Counted from the first letter of the stretch, positions 51,514-64,000 are shown. The stretch: DNA of 64,000 bases from Candidatus Marinacidobacterales bacterium (GCA_965219415.1 CBDCNP010000002.1:3552001-3616000), one strand, 5' to 3'. Made by a program: numbers and translations. The notes: generated by a model not told the origin, from the letters alone.

Positions 51514-53060
51514 GCATCCATCCGAACGTCGTTGACACTTCCGAGGTCCGGGGCCTTCTCCGCGTCGAGGCGGAGGTCGTAGTCGTGGGATCCGGCGCCG
51601 GGGGTGCGGTCTCCGCCAAGGAGCTCGCCGAGGGTGGCATCGCGGTCGCTCTTGTCGAAGAGGGCGCGTATCACCGGGCCGAAGACTTCAACCAGTGCGA
51701 GGCGGACATGTACCGCCGCCTGTATCGCGACCAAGGCACCCAATCGACCCGAGATCTCTCCATCAACATCCTGCAAGGCCGATCGGTCGGCGGAAGCACG
51801 GTCATCAATAACTGTATTTGCTTTCGGACTCCGGACCGAGTGCTGGCCACATGGCGAGACGAGTTCGGTCTGACCGATTTGAGCCCCGACTCGCTCCGTC
51901 TTTACTTCGAGCGAGTCGAACAGACTCTGGGTGTGGTTCCCATCGTCTCCGCCGAAATCAACGCCAATAATCGTGTGCTACTGGACGGGTGCGAACGGCT
52001 CGGATACCACGCCACGACGTTTGCTCACAACCGGAGAGAGTGCGTCGGCTGCGGCTACTGCATGCTCGGTTGTCCGTACGACCGGCATTCCAGCGTAGAC
52101 ATGAACTACGTACCTGAAGCCCTAGACGCCGGTTGCCGGCTATACACACGCTGCCGGGTGGAGGAGATCCTCATCGAAGGGGGGAAGTTGGTTGGCGTCG
52201 CGGGCTCGGTGCTCGATCCGATCTCGGGTCGGAGCCGGGCTCGCATCGAAGTCCGCGCGCCGTTGGTCGTCATGGCTGCGGGCGCCATTCACACGCCTGC
52301 CCTTCTCCTAGCCAATCGGGCCGGCAACCGCTCGGGCCAAGTCGGACGAAACCTCGCACTGCATCCCCTCGTCGCATCCTTCGCGAAGTTCGATCGCGTG
52401 ATCGACGGTTTCGTCGGCATCCCGCAATCCGTCTACTGTGATACGTTCGAACAATTGGAGGACGGCTCGGATGGTTTTATCATCGAAGGTATCTTCGCCA
52501 TGCCCGCTCTGTTCGCGAGCATCTGTCCTTCGTTCGGCCAAGAGCATTTCGACATCATGAACGACTACCGCCATCTCGCCGGCATGTACGCCATGATCAA
52601 AGACCGGGGCCGGGGCACGGTCGCAGTCGGCGACCAAGGACGACCCATCATCGACTACGATTTAGGCGAGCGGGAAAAAGACGTGATCCGCCGTGGGATC
52701 AAGGAAACGGCTCGGATCTTTTTTGCCGCCGGCGCCAATTCCGTCACGACCTTGCGCTCCGTCCCCCTAACGCTTCGCCGACCGGACGAGATCGAAAGCA
52801 TCGACGACCTGCCCTTGCACCCCAACGAGATGGCCCTCTTCTCCGCTCACCCACAGGGTTCTTGCCGCATGCATGCCGACGCCGAGCAAGGCCCGACCGG
52901 CACCTACGGCGAATCGCATGACGTCCCCAATCTCTTCGTGGCCGACGCCAGCGCCTTTCCGACCTCGGTAGGTATCAATCCGCAGATCACGATCATGGCC
53001 CTGGCTACCAGGCAGGCGAACGAGATCCGGCGAAGGCTGGGTCGAACACCCTTGGTGTGA
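51510..53060 (+). CDS. GMC family flavoprotein oxidoreductase
   Basis: VVGSGAGG, VGGSTVIN, CxGCGxCxxGC, SAHPQGSCRM and FPTSVGINPQ motifs. Confidence 0.9.
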   Translation: MSIHPNVVDTSEVRGLLRVEAEVVVVGSGAGGAVSAKELAEGGIAVALVEEGAYHRAEDFNQCEADMYRRLYRDQGTQSTRDLSINILQGRSVGGSTVINNCICFRTPDRVLATWRDEFGLTDLSPDSLRLYFERVEQTLGVVPIVSAEINANNRVLLDGCERLGYHATTFAHNRRECVGCGYCMLGCPYDRHSSVDMNYVPEALDAGCRLYTRCRVEEILIEGGKLVGVAGSVLDPISGRSRARIEVRAPLVVMAAGAIHTPALLLANRAGNRSGQVGRNLALHPLVASFAKFDRVIDGFVGIPQSVYCDTFEQLEDGSDGFIIEGIFAMPALFASICPSFGQEHFDIMNDYRHLAGMYAMIKDRGRGTVAVGDQGRPIIDYDLGEREKDVIRRGIKETARIFFAAGANSVTTLRSVPLTLRRPDEIESIDDLPLHPNEMALFSAHPQGSCRMHADAEQGPTGTYGESHDVPNLFVADASAFPTSVGINPQITIMALATRQANEIRRRLGRTPLV

Positions 53061-54274
53061 GCGCGATCCCACTCTACGTCTTGGGAGGCGTCAACATCGG
53101 GATCGGTGTCTACTCGTTGTTCTCCACTCTCGGTTACTACCGCTACGCGAAGCGAGCGCGGCGACTGAAATCGGAAGACGCCTACTGTCCGCCGGTGGCC
53201 CTGCTCGTCCCTTGTTGCGGAGTCGAGGAAGGCCTGGAAGACAACCTCCGCGCTTTGGTCCGTCAAGACTACGAGGCACTTAAAGTGATCTTCATCGTCG
53301 AGGACGGCTCCGATCCGGCGGTGCCTATCATCGAGCGTGTGCTCGGATCCGAGAGTCGATCGGGGGAGCTCGTGGTGGCGGGTCCGGCGGAACGGCGCGG
53401 TCAGAAGGTTCACAACCTCGTGGCGGGTTTGGAACGGGTTGGCGACGCGGAGGTCTTCGCTTTCGCCGACTCGGACGGGCGGCCCGACGATGGTTGGCTG
53501 GCCCACTTGGTCTCGCCGCTTCGGGAACCGAGGGTAGGGGTTTCCTCGAGCTATCGTTTTTACCTCCCGGAACCGGGGTGTCTAGCTTCGGTGTTGCGCT
53601 CCGCGTGGAATGCAGGTGTGCTGACACTCCTCGGCGAGCATGATCGTAACTTCGCCTGGGGGGGATCGATGGCTATCCGGAGGCGGATTTTCGAAGAGGC
53701 CAAGGTGGAGGTGGCTTGGCGAGGGGCCCTTTCCGATGATTACGCCTTGACCCACGCCGTTCGACGGGCCGGCTACTATGTGAAGTTCGTGCCGCGCGCT
53801 ATCGTGGCCTCCCACGGCCGCGTGAAGTTGAGACAGCTTCTCCGCTGGTGTGCGCGCCAGATGGCCATTACCCGAGTGTACTGGCCGAACCTGTGGCGCA
53901 TTGGTGGGGGGAGCCAGGTGGCCTTCGTGGCCTTCCTAATCACCGGAAGCATGGCCGCCTCCTCCGGGCATGTCGAGGTTGCCGTCCTGTTAAGTGTGGT
54001 GCTCCTGCTCAGCTGGTTGAGCGGAGGCATTCGTGCCCGCGCGGTCCGGCTCCTCCTACCAGAATGGAGTCCCGAGCTCCGCCGATACGACTGGGCCTAT
54101 GTGCTCTTGGCACCGGCAGCAAGTTTCATCACCGTGTACGGTTTCCTGAGCTCGGCCTTGTCGAGACGCATCGAATGGCGTGGGAAAACATATGAGATGC
54201 TGTCGCCTAGCGACACGCTCCTTCTAGGCCCGGTCAAGCCCAGGCCGGAAGCGAAGGCGCGAGAGATAAGATAG
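53057..54274 (+). CDS. GT2/GT21 glycosyltransferase (ceramide glucosyltransferase/HpnI-like)
   Basis: QKVHNL, FADSD, AWGGSM, LSDD and RQ motifs; C-terminal TM segments and IEWRG. Confidence 0.82.
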   Translation: MSAIPLYVLGGVNIGIGVYSLFSTLGYYRYAKRARRLKSEDAYCPPVALLVPCCGVEEGLEDNLRALVRQDYEALKVIFIVEDGSDPAVPIIERVLGSESRSGELVVAGPAERRGQKVHNLVAGLERVGDAEVFAFADSDGRPDDGWLAHLVSPLREPRVGVSSSYRFYLPEPGCLASVLRSAWNAGVLTLLGEHDRNFAWGGSMAIRRRIFEEAKVEVAWRGALSDDYALTHAVRRAGYYVKFVPRAIVASHGRVKLRQLLRWCARQMAITRVYWPNLWRIGGGSQVAFVAFLITGSMAASSGHVEVAVLLSVVLLLSWLSGGIRARAVRLLLPEWSPELRRYDWAYVLLAPAASFITVYGFLSSALSRRIEWRGKTYEMLSPSDTLLLGPVKPRPEAKAREIR

Positions 54275-54533
54275 GATCTCCCACGGTGCGGCCCCACGCG
54301 CACTAAAACACTGATTGAAGAGCGTCCGCCTCCGTCAGTGTCATGCTAATGGACTTCGGCGGACCCGCCCGTAGCCCGAAGGGCGTAGGCGGGAGCGAGC
54401 ACTAACGGGCCGCAGGCCCGCCGGCCGGGGAGCCTTCAGTTGCCGCGGAGCCGCGAAGTCGGCGTAGCGGCTAGCGCCCGAACGAGGAGTGAGGGCACGA
54501 CTAATTGCTGCCGGAAACAGTTGGGAGAAAAAG

Positions 54534-55370
54534 TTGAGCCAACCAATCTTAAGAATAGGGCACAGCCCGGATCCCGATGACGCCTTCATGTTCTGTGCTC
54601 TGGCACGCCGCGCCGTACGTATTCGCGACTACGCCATCGAGCACGTCATGGAAGATATTGAAAGCTTGAACCAGATGGCGCTCAACGGAGAACTGGAAGT
54701 GACCGCCATCTCGGCACACGCTTACCCATCCCTAGCAGACCGCTACTGGGTGCTCTCGACCGGCGCAAGCATGGGCGAGGGCTACGGGCCAGTTCTGGTT
54801 GCCAAGAACTCAGTTTCTCCACAAGAGCTCACCGGAAAACGAGTGGCGATCCCCGGAGAGAAAACCACCGCCGCGCTTCTTACAAGGATCTATCTGGGCG
54901 AGTTCATTCCTGTCGTTCGACCCTTCGACAAGATCTTCGAGACCATCGAGTCTGGAGAGGCGGCGGCGGGTGTTTTGATCCATGAGGGGCAACTTACCTA
55001 CTCCGAAAAGGGCTACCGAAAGGTACAGGACTATGGAGAGAAGTGGAACGAAGAGACCGGGCTCCCGCTTCCGTTAGGCCTGGACATGGTCCGCGCCGAC
55101 TTGGGAAAAGAACTGGCGAAAGAAATCAACCATGCCCTGCGCGCGAGCATCGAGTGGGCGTATGACAACGAGGAAGAAGCTCTCGATTACGCCCTTCAGT
55201 TCGGGCGCGGTTTGGAGCGAGAAATGGGACGGCGATTCATCAAGATGTACGTGAGCGATCTCACTCGAGATATGGGCGAACGGGGCCGTCAAGCCCTCGC
55301 GACGCTATTTCAACGGGGGGTAGAAGCGGGGGCGATCACCGAGCCCCCACAGTTGACGATGATTTCCTAA
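54534..55370 (+). CDS. mqnD: MqnA/MqnD/SBP family protein (1,4-dihydroxy-6-naphthoate synthase-like)
   Basis: IGHSPDPDDAFMF, GEGYGP, IHEGQLTY and TGLPLPLG motifs. Confidence 0.8.
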   Translation: MSQPILRIGHSPDPDDAFMFCALARRAVRIRDYAIEHVMEDIESLNQMALNGELEVTAISAHAYPSLADRYWVLSTGASMGEGYGPVLVAKNSVSPQELTGKRVAIPGEKTTAALLTRIYLGEFIPVVRPFDKIFETIESGEAAAGVLIHEGQLTYSEKGYRKVQDYGEKWNEETGLPLPLGLDMVRADLGKELAKEINHALRASIEWAYDNEEEALDYALQFGRGLEREMGRRFIKMYVSDLTRDMGERGRQALATLFQRGVEAGAITEPPQLTMIS

Positions 55371-55394
55371 TTCGCCAACGAGTTTTTCGACGAG

Positions 55395-56171
55395 TCAACC
55401 GCTGAGCGGCCGGTTGAGTTGGTAGATGATTCGCAACCCCTCCAGGGTGAGTCGCGGATTCACAATGTCGATTTCTTTCACCCACTCTGAGACGACTTCC
55501 GCCATCCCGCCGGTGGCGATAACTTTAGGCTTGCCGCCAAGTTCCTCCTTGAGTCGACTCACCAGCTCTCTTATCAGTCCCACGTAGCCGAACACCAACC
55601 CCGACTGCATCGCGGCAACCGTGTCGCGTCCTATCACGCTCCCGGGGGGAACCAATTCGACTTTTGGGAGCCTCGCCGTCCTTCGCACCAACGCTTCGGC
55701 CGAGATTCCCAGCCCCGGAGCGATAGCACCTCCCAAATACTCTCCCTTATCTGAAACGACATCGAAGGTCGTCGCGGTGCCGATATCGAGGACGATGGCT
55801 GGCCCACCATAGAGTTTTTGCACGGCGGCCGTATTCGCGACACGGTCCCCACCCGCCTCCGCCGGGTTATCGATGCGGATCTCGACCCCGGTCTCGACTC
55901 CTGGCCCGACAACCAACGCCCGCTGCCCCAGATAGCGTTCAGCCAAATCCTGAAAAATCGACGTTAAGGGCGGGACGACGCTGCTCATGACGGCACCGCT
56001 TACGTCTTCGAAGTCCAACTCGGCGCTCGCTAAAAGAGACTTGAGTAGCACGGCGTACTCGTCGGTGAGGTAATCGAGGTGGGTGGTGACTCGCCAATCG
56101 GCTTCCCAATGACTCTCACGATAGACACCGATACCGGTTTTGGTGTTGCCGATGTCGAAGACCACAAGCAT
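55395..56171 (-). CDS. coaX: Type III pantothenate kinase
   Basis: DIGNT, SSVVP, GGDR, DIGTATTFD, GGAIAPG and IATGG motifs. Confidence 0.93.
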   Translation of the reverse strand: MLVVFDIGNTKTGIGVYRESHWEADWRVTTHLDYLTDEYAVLLKSLLASAELDFEDVSGAVMSSVVPPLTSIFQDLAERYLGQRALVVGPGVETGVEIRIDNPAEAGGDRVANTAAVQKLYGGPAIVLDIGTATTFDVVSDKGEYLGGAIAPGLGISAEALVRRTARLPKVELVPPGSVIGRDTVAAMQSGLVFGYVGLIRELVSRLKEELGGKPKVIATGGMAEVVSEWVKEIDIVNPRLTLEGLRIIYQLNRPLSG

Positions 56172-56326
56172 GGCGCCTTCTCCTGGGGAGGTATTTGGAA
56201 GGGCATTCTAACCCGGGCCGGCTGCGAGCACCAGCGGATCTTGAATGGTTGTCTCGGCATTGACTCGACGAATTCGCGAAGATAACCTGACGCGCGAAAT
56301 TCTTGCGAGCTTGCGGAGGAACAGCG

Positions 56327-57722
56327 GTGACAGAAACCGATCGCTACACGGAGCAGGAAAAGGGCCTCGAGCGCAACCTGACCGCCTGGCAGCTCGCGAT
56401 GATTGCCATCGGCGGGGCGATCGGAGTGGGCCTCTTCTTGGGAAGCGGCGCAACCATCGGGTTGGCCGGCCCCGGCGTCATATTGTCTTACCTGATCGCC
56501 GCCGTTCTCGCCGCGACCATGGGATTGGCACTCGCTGAGATGGCAAGTGTCTATCCGGTTGCCGGCTCCTTCGGCGTCTATGCAGACCGGTACTTGCACC
56601 CGTGGGCGGGTTTCGCGCTTAGATTGAGCTACTGGTTCGCTCAGACTCTCGCCATCGGTGCGTTGGTAACCGCCGGGGGCATCTACTTCGGCTACTGGTT
56701 TCCCTCCGTCCCGACTTGGATTTGGATCCTCTCCGCCTCGCTGCTCCTGATCTCCGTCAATGCCGCGAGCGTCAAGTTGTTTGGCTCTATCGAATCTATC
56801 TTCTCGCTCATCAAGGTTGGGGCTATTGTTGCCTTCATCTTGCTCGGGGGCGCGCTCATTTTCGGTCTCGGACATCCTGGGCTGGGGTTCTCTAACCTCA
56901 CGAGTCACGGCGGGTTCCTACCCTCACGGCTGGTCCGGCGTCTGGCTGGCCTTGACTCTAGTTACCACGAGCTATATCGGAGTCGAAGTGGTCGCTGTGA
57001 CAGCGGGCGAGGCGAAGCGTCCCGAGGCATCAGTACCCAAGGCGCTTCTCGGCATGGTCATCGGGCTGGTCCTCTTGTATGGGGCCGCGATCTTGGTCGT
57101 GGTGACTGTTACTCCTTGGTTGGTCATTTCGGAAACCGGTGGAACTTTGAGCGGCAGCCCGTTCGTGAAAGTGTTTCACGAGATAGGGATTCCGTACGCG
57201 GGCGGGATCATGAACTTCGTCGTTCTCTCCGCGGCCCTTACGAGCGCCAACACCAACATCTATTTATGCACTCGTATGCTGTTCTCTCTCTCGCGTGCGG
57301 GTTTTGTACCTAAGACGGTCGGCGAGCTCGATCATCGAGGAGTGCCACTCAAAGCGCTCCTCGTCTCGGCCACTGGAATGGCACTCGCCGTGATCCTTGC
57401 GCTGCGTGGTCAGGCCGCATTCCTACCCCTGTTCGGAACCGCAGTGGCCACCATGTTTTCCATCTGGATCGTTATTTTCGTCTGCCACATTCGCTTCCGC
57501 CGCGAGCTGGATCCGGAGACGCTGGCCGGTTTGCACCTCAAAATGCCGGCCCACCCGTTTCCCTCTGTCCTCGCCATCTTGTTTCTCGTCGCGCTTCTCG
57601 CTACGACTCCGTTTGTTGCCGGACTCGAGTGGACGGTCCCTTTCTTCCTCGTCTGGCTCGGCATTCTGGCCGCGCTCTATCGCGGGATGCGCAGTCGAGT
57701 CTCCTCGGCCATTGTGAAATAG
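56327..57722 (+). pseudogene. APC amino acid permease with a +1 frameshift at about 56922 (real or sequencing error)
   Basis: MIAIGGAIGVGLFLGSG and YIGVEVVAVTAGE in two frames; extra C in the CCC run. Confidence 0.8.
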
Positions 57723-57725
57723 GCC

Positions 57726-58703
57726 ATGGAATACATCTCTCTCGGCCGAACTGGACTCAAGGTCTCACGACTCGGCCTAGGCGGCGGTAGCTTCGGGGGC
57801 CTCGGTTCGGATCCTAGGTTTTTCGGAAAAGGGCAAAGCGAAACCGAAGCGTTCGCGCTCATGGATCGTGCCTACGAAATGGGGATCAACTTCTTCGACA
57901 CCGCCGACGCCTACGGCGGCGGTCGCAGTGAGTCGATCATCGGGAGTTGGCTCAAGACGAAGTCCTCAGACGTAAGACAGCAGATTCTGGTGGGCTCCAA
58001 GGTCTTCAATCCCGTCGGAGACGGACCTAACGAGCGCGGCCTCTCTCGTCTGCATATCTTGCGTCAAGTGGACGCCAGCCTGGCGCGCCTCGGCGTCGAC
58101 CGATTGGACTTGTACCTGGCGCACGAGGCGGACCCAGAAACTCCCTTGGAAGAAACGTTGAGCGCCTTCGATGACATCATTCGTCAAGGAAAGGTCCATT
58201 ACATAGGTGCGAGCAACTGGGAGGCGTGGCGCCTTACGCGGGCCCTTTGGGTCAGTGACAAGCTCGGCCTGGCTAGCTTCTCTTGGGTCCAAAACCCTTA
58301 CAATCTGCTCGAACAAGAACTAGAGTACGAGATGCTACCGCTGTGCGAAGACCAGGGACTGGGCTTCACCCCCTATAGCTCCCTCGCCGGTGGCTGGCTC
58401 ACCGGAAAGTATGAAGCGGGGAAGGTCTACCCCGCCGGCTCGCGAATGACTATGCGTCCCGAACCTTATCAACACTTGATACAAGAGAAGACCTTTCGAA
58501 GTGTCGATGCCTTTCGCGAGGCAGCAAGGTCTCGCGGCATCGACATGGCCACTCTGGCCTTCGCATGGGTTCTGAGCCACCCACAAACGACCGCGGTCAT
58601 TGTCGGACCTCGGAGGCCGGAACACTTCGAGCTTGCCGAGAAGGCACTCGAAGTTCCGCTTTCTGCGAGCGAGCGCGCCGAACTAGCAGCACTATTCAGG
58701 TAG
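57726..58703 (+). CDS. Aldo/keto reductase
   Basis: FFDTADAYGGG, DLYLAH, YIGASN and PYSSLAGG motifs. Confidence 0.9.
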   Translation: MEYISLGRTGLKVSRLGLGGGSFGGLGSDPRFFGKGQSETEAFALMDRAYEMGINFFDTADAYGGGRSESIIGSWLKTKSSDVRQQILVGSKVFNPVGDGPNERGLSRLHILRQVDASLARLGVDRLDLYLAHEADPETPLEETLSAFDDIIRQGKVHYIGASNWEAWRLTRALWVSDKLGLASFSWVQNPYNLLEQELEYEMLPLCEDQGLGFTPYSSLAGGWLTGKYEAGKVYPAGSRMTMRPEPYQHLIQEKTFRSVDAFREAARSRGIDMATLAFAWVLSHPQTTAVIVGPRRPEHFELAEKALEVPLSASERAELAALFR

Positions 58704-58713
58704 GTGAACGACT

Positions 58714-59700
58714 ATGGATGTCATCGCGTTGAACCACGCCGAAGTCGAGAGGTTGTTGCCTATGGGAGAGTGCATCGAAGCGATGGAAAGCGCCTTGGCC
58801 GCGCTCGCCCGAGGTGAGGTCTACAACCCTCTCCGTTCGATCGTCCGCGCTCCGGACGCCAAGGGCCTGATGGGTTTGATGCCCGCCTACCGGGGCGGCG
58901 ACGAGGCCGCGTACGGGCTCAAAGCAGTGTGCGTCTACCCGGGAAACGCCGAGCGTGGGCTCGACCTGCATCAAGGTGCGGTTTTGCTGTTCAGCGCCGA
59001 GACGGGGGAGCTCCAGGCGGTCCTCAACGCTTCTGCGGTGACCGCGATCCGCACCGCCGCGGTGTCCGCGGTGGCGACAAAGTTATTGGCTCGCGAGGAT
59101 GCACGTGAGCTCGCATTGATAGGGGCAGGCGTTCAAGCCAGGTCTCACCTCGAAGCCATGGCCGAGGTGCGAAACTTCCAAAGAGTAAGGGTTGCTAGTC
59201 GCCGACCGGAAAGAGCACGCGAGTTCGCCGACTCGGTGCGGGGTAGTTTCCCCTTCACCATCGAGCCGGCGTCCAGCAACGAACAAGCGGTTCGGGATGC
59301 GGATGTGGTCACAACCGTGACGAGTGCACGGGAGCCGGTCATCGAGAGAGCCTGGATATCACCGGGTACACATATCAACGCTGTCGGGTCGAGCACGCCG
59401 GAGTCCCGCGAGCTGGATACGGCGACGGTCGCCGACTCCGCTCTGTTCGTGGACCGCCGGGAGTCCACCATCAATGAAGCAAAGGAATTCCGCTTAGCGG
59501 AAACAGAAGAAGCGATCGGGCCCGATCACATCAAGGCAGAGCTTGGTGAGCTTCTGATCGGTGAGAAGTCCGGCCGCTCGACACCGGAGGAGATCACACT
59601 CTTTCGGTCTCTCGGGTTGGCCATTGAAGACTTGGCCGCAGCACAACACGCTTATCGTCGCGCGGTAGAAACCGGAGCGGGCACGCGGATACCGTTCTAA
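58714..59700 (+). CDS. Ornithine cyclodeaminase/mu-crystallin family protein
   Basis: TAIRTAA, IGAGVQA, HINAVGS and SLGLAIED motifs. Confidence 0.9.
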   Translation: MDVIALNHAEVERLLPMGECIEAMESALAALARGEVYNPLRSIVRAPDAKGLMGLMPAYRGGDEAAYGLKAVCVYPGNAERGLDLHQGAVLLFSAETGELQAVLNASAVTAIRTAAVSAVATKLLAREDARELALIGAGVQARSHLEAMAEVRNFQRVRVASRRPERAREFADSVRGSFPFTIEPASSNEQAVRDADVVTTVTSAREPVIERAWISPGTHINAVGSSTPESRELDTATVADSALFVDRRESTINEAKEFRLAETEEAIGPDHIKAELGELLIGEKSGRSTPEEITLFRSLGLAIEDLAAAQHAYRRAVETGAGTRIPF

Positions 59701-59716
59701 CGAGTCTCGCCCGCAT

Positions 59717-60664
59717 ATGATTCCAATCGAAGAGATTCGCCGGGCCTGCGACGTCATCTCCAAGGATTCCATACGCACTCCGCTCGTTCGGTTGAACGTC
59801 GCGGATTCTCCCGCCGAGATCTTTTTGAAGCTTGAAAATCTTCAGCCCATCGGCTCGTTCAAGATCCGCGGCGCTTCTAACGCTGTGCGTCAAGCCTCAA
59901 CGGACGAAGTTTCCCGTGGCGTGATTACTGCCAGCGCCGGCAATATGGCCCAAGGGGTGGCATGGGTGGCCCGTGCACTCGGGGTCTCTTGCACGGTCAT
60001 CGTTCCTGAGAACGCCCCGGAGACGAAGCTTGCCGCCATCGAGCGCCTCGACGGGCAGTACATCAAGGTTCCTTTCGATCGATGGTGGAAAACCATACAA
60101 GAGTCTTCTTTTCCAGGAGTGGAAGGCCTCTTCGTGCACCCCGTTGAAGACGAGCGCGTGATGGCGGGTAACGGAACGATTGGACTCGAGTTACTCGACG
60201 ACTTGCCGGATCCGGATGTCATTCTGATCCCTTGGGGAGGGGGCGGTCTGGGCACCGGCATCGCGAGCGCATTGCGTTCCTTGGCACCGACGGTCAAGGT
60301 CTACGGCGTGGAACCGGAGACCGCTTCACCGCTCAACGCTTCGTTCGCCAAGGGCTCGATCGAAACGGTCGACTTTACGCCTTCCTTCGTCGATGGCGCC
60401 GGCGGGAAGACGCTGCTTCCCAAAATGTGGCCCTTGGCCCAAGAGCTTCTCGAAGGATCGCTCACTGCATCGCTCGGTGAAACAGCCTCGGCCATCCGGG
60501 TGTTGGCGGAGCGGAATCGGGTGATCGCCGAAGGGGCGGGCGCTTTGGCGGTAGCGGCTGCGCTCTCCGGCCGTGCCGGCACCGGGAAGATCGTCTGCGT
60601 CGTCTCAGGCGGTAATATCGATTTTGCGGTTCTCGTCGGGATACTGCGCGGAGAGATACCTTAA
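59717..60664 (+). CDS. PLP-dependent threonine/serine dehydratase or racemase family protein
   Basis: KLENLQPIGSFKIRGA, ASAGN, GGGGL and SGGNID motifs. Confidence 0.88.
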   Translation: MIPIEEIRRACDVISKDSIRTPLVRLNVADSPAEIFLKLENLQPIGSFKIRGASNAVRQASTDEVSRGVITASAGNMAQGVAWVARALGVSCTVIVPENAPETKLAAIERLDGQYIKVPFDRWWKTIQESSFPGVEGLFVHPVEDERVMAGNGTIGLELLDDLPDPDVILIPWGGGGLGTGIASALRSLAPTVKVYGVEPETASPLNASFAKGSIETVDFTPSFVDGAGGKTLLPKMWPLAQELLEGSLTASLGETASAIRVLAERNRVIAEGAGALAVAAALSGRAGTGKIVCVVSGGNIDFAVLVGILRGEIP

Positions 60665-60795
60665 CAGGGTGCCGAAGAGCCAAGCGCGCGAAGGCAGCCC
60701 TGAGCTCATGCGGAGTCGCCAGTCGACGAAGCATGAGGCGTGGGGATGGGGCCCCGCGCCATTCATCGGTAACTGAGCGCGCATTGAGGTACTAG

Positions 60796-61011
60796 ATGGA
60801 AATCAAAAGTGTCGAGTCTTTCCTCGATTACTACGAGAAAGTCCGGGGACGAACGCTGCGAGTTATCAAAGCCATCCCCCCCGAAAAAATGGATTGGTCT
60901 TACCGCGAGGGCAAATTCACGTTGGCCGATCTAGTGCGTCACATCGCCTCCACCGAACGTTACATGTTCGCGGAGACCATCACGGAACAAGTCAGCGAGC
61001 CTCCGGAGTAA
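60796..61011 (+). pseudogene. DinB/YfiT family protein, truncated
   Basis: FLDYYEKVRGRT..KFTLADLVRHIA..ERYMFAE, then an abrupt stop. Confidence 0.6.
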
Positions 61012-61023
61012 CTGGCTGGTCGC

Positions 61024-61317
61024 CTAGGACTCTTCCTCTTCGCAGTCGACCTCGGCCCAGCCTTGCCGCACTTTCGTCCCTCCACAGTAGCTCTTGCCTT
61101 GGGCCATGGGATTGTTGAGGTAAGCCAGAATGCTTGAACACGTCTCGTTTTCCGAGGGCTGGACCTTGCAAACACCCGAGTACGCTGGGTTTGTGAAACA
61201 ACAGGTTTCCCTGGATTCCGGAGATGCGTCCTGCTCGGGTAGCGAGGTGGACCCGGTAGACGTGAAAGCCAGCATAGCCGCCAATCCCGCCGCTAGCGCG
61301 ATACGTTCGATGACCAT
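61024..61317 (-). CDS. Small secreted cysteine-rich hypothetical protein
   Basis: Signal-like N-terminus, six cysteines and GGAGG RBS. Confidence 0.6.
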   Translation of the reverse strand: MVIERIALAAGLAAMLAFTSTGSTSLPEQDASPESRETCCFTNPAYSGVCKVQPSENETCSSILAYLNNPMAQGKSYCGGTKVRQGWAEVDCEEEES

Positions 61318-61476
61318 CTTAGCCTCCCTGAAGGAATCCCTTAAAAAAGCATACTCCTCCGGGTTCTCCCTTTCCAGCTCTCTGCCGATTAGCGGCAGTT
61401 TGCCCCGACGCGACGTGGTCGCCTATGATGGCCAAGAGCACGTCCCAGAGGTCGGGGAGGTGCGAGGAGGTGCGGG

Positions 61477-61770
61477 ATGGGAGCCGAAAACCTCAACATC
61501 ATTTGTCCCTGCTGCGATGCAAAGCTCACCGTGCATCCCAGTACCGGCGCGATCTTGGCGCACGAGAAACCTCTCGAACGATCGGCGAAGAGCTTCGAAC
61601 AAGCAGTTTCCGACGAAAAGAGGCGCCGCGAGGAAGCGGAGGACCGCTTCGCTCAGTCGGTGAAGGAGCACGAGAACCGGGAGGAGATCCTCGAAAAGAA
61701 GTTCAAGGAAGCCTTCGAGAAGGCGGAAAAAGACGACAAGCCGCCTCCTCGCCCGTTCGACTTCGATTAG
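61477..61770 (+). CDS. Small zinc-ribbon/coiled-coil hypothetical protein
   Basis: CPCC motif, charged helix, C-terminal PPRPFDFD and GGAGG RBS. Confidence 0.65.
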   Translation: MGAENLNIICPCCDAKLTVHPSTGAILAHEKPLERSAKSFEQAVSDEKRRREEAEDRFAQSVKEHENREEILEKKFKEAFEKAEKDDKPPPRPFDFD

Positions 61771-61785
61771 GGATTTGGTGGCCCA

Positions 61786-64000
<2,215 letters not shown>

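Noticed and set aside
54340-54500. Riboswitch upstream of the mqnD-like gene
   Set aside because: GC-rich palindromic REP-like DNA with no aptamer consensus that I can recognise; an Rfam scan would be needed

Overview
High-GC bacterial DNA; the gene repertoire suggests Acidobacteriota, which is inference only. The window has two sharply different halves. (1) About 0.45-42.5 kb is an accessory mosaic. Tightly trimmed gene cassettes alternate with dense stacks of IS termini and MITEs from at least six end families. It also holds whole or broken IS1111 (IS110 family), IS6, IS1-like, IS256, IS3 and rve/IS481-like elements, and a group II intron 3' fragment. The cargo is mainly anti-phage: a DUF6361-PLD-helicase (Azaca-like) operon, an Hna-like helicase-nuclease, a translationally coupled TM0106 nuclease-SIR2-HerA operon (herA truncated), a SIR2 pseudogene, an Mrr remnant and PD-(D/E)XK proteins. 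Housekeeping pieces are mixed in, including a diverged second fadD-gatB' block that seems to come from a related organism. An intact IS1111 sits inside a resident MITE terminus, and its downstream non-coding region carries readable target and donor guide segments of a bridge/seek RNA. (2) About 42.6-64 kb is ordinary core chromosome: dNK, folK, fadD, gatB, ftsE, udk, ftsX, a GMC operon, mqnD-like, coaX, an amino-acid catabolic cluster and acnA. All family calls are by motif recognition without database searches. An assembly chimera cannot be excluded for the mosaic half.
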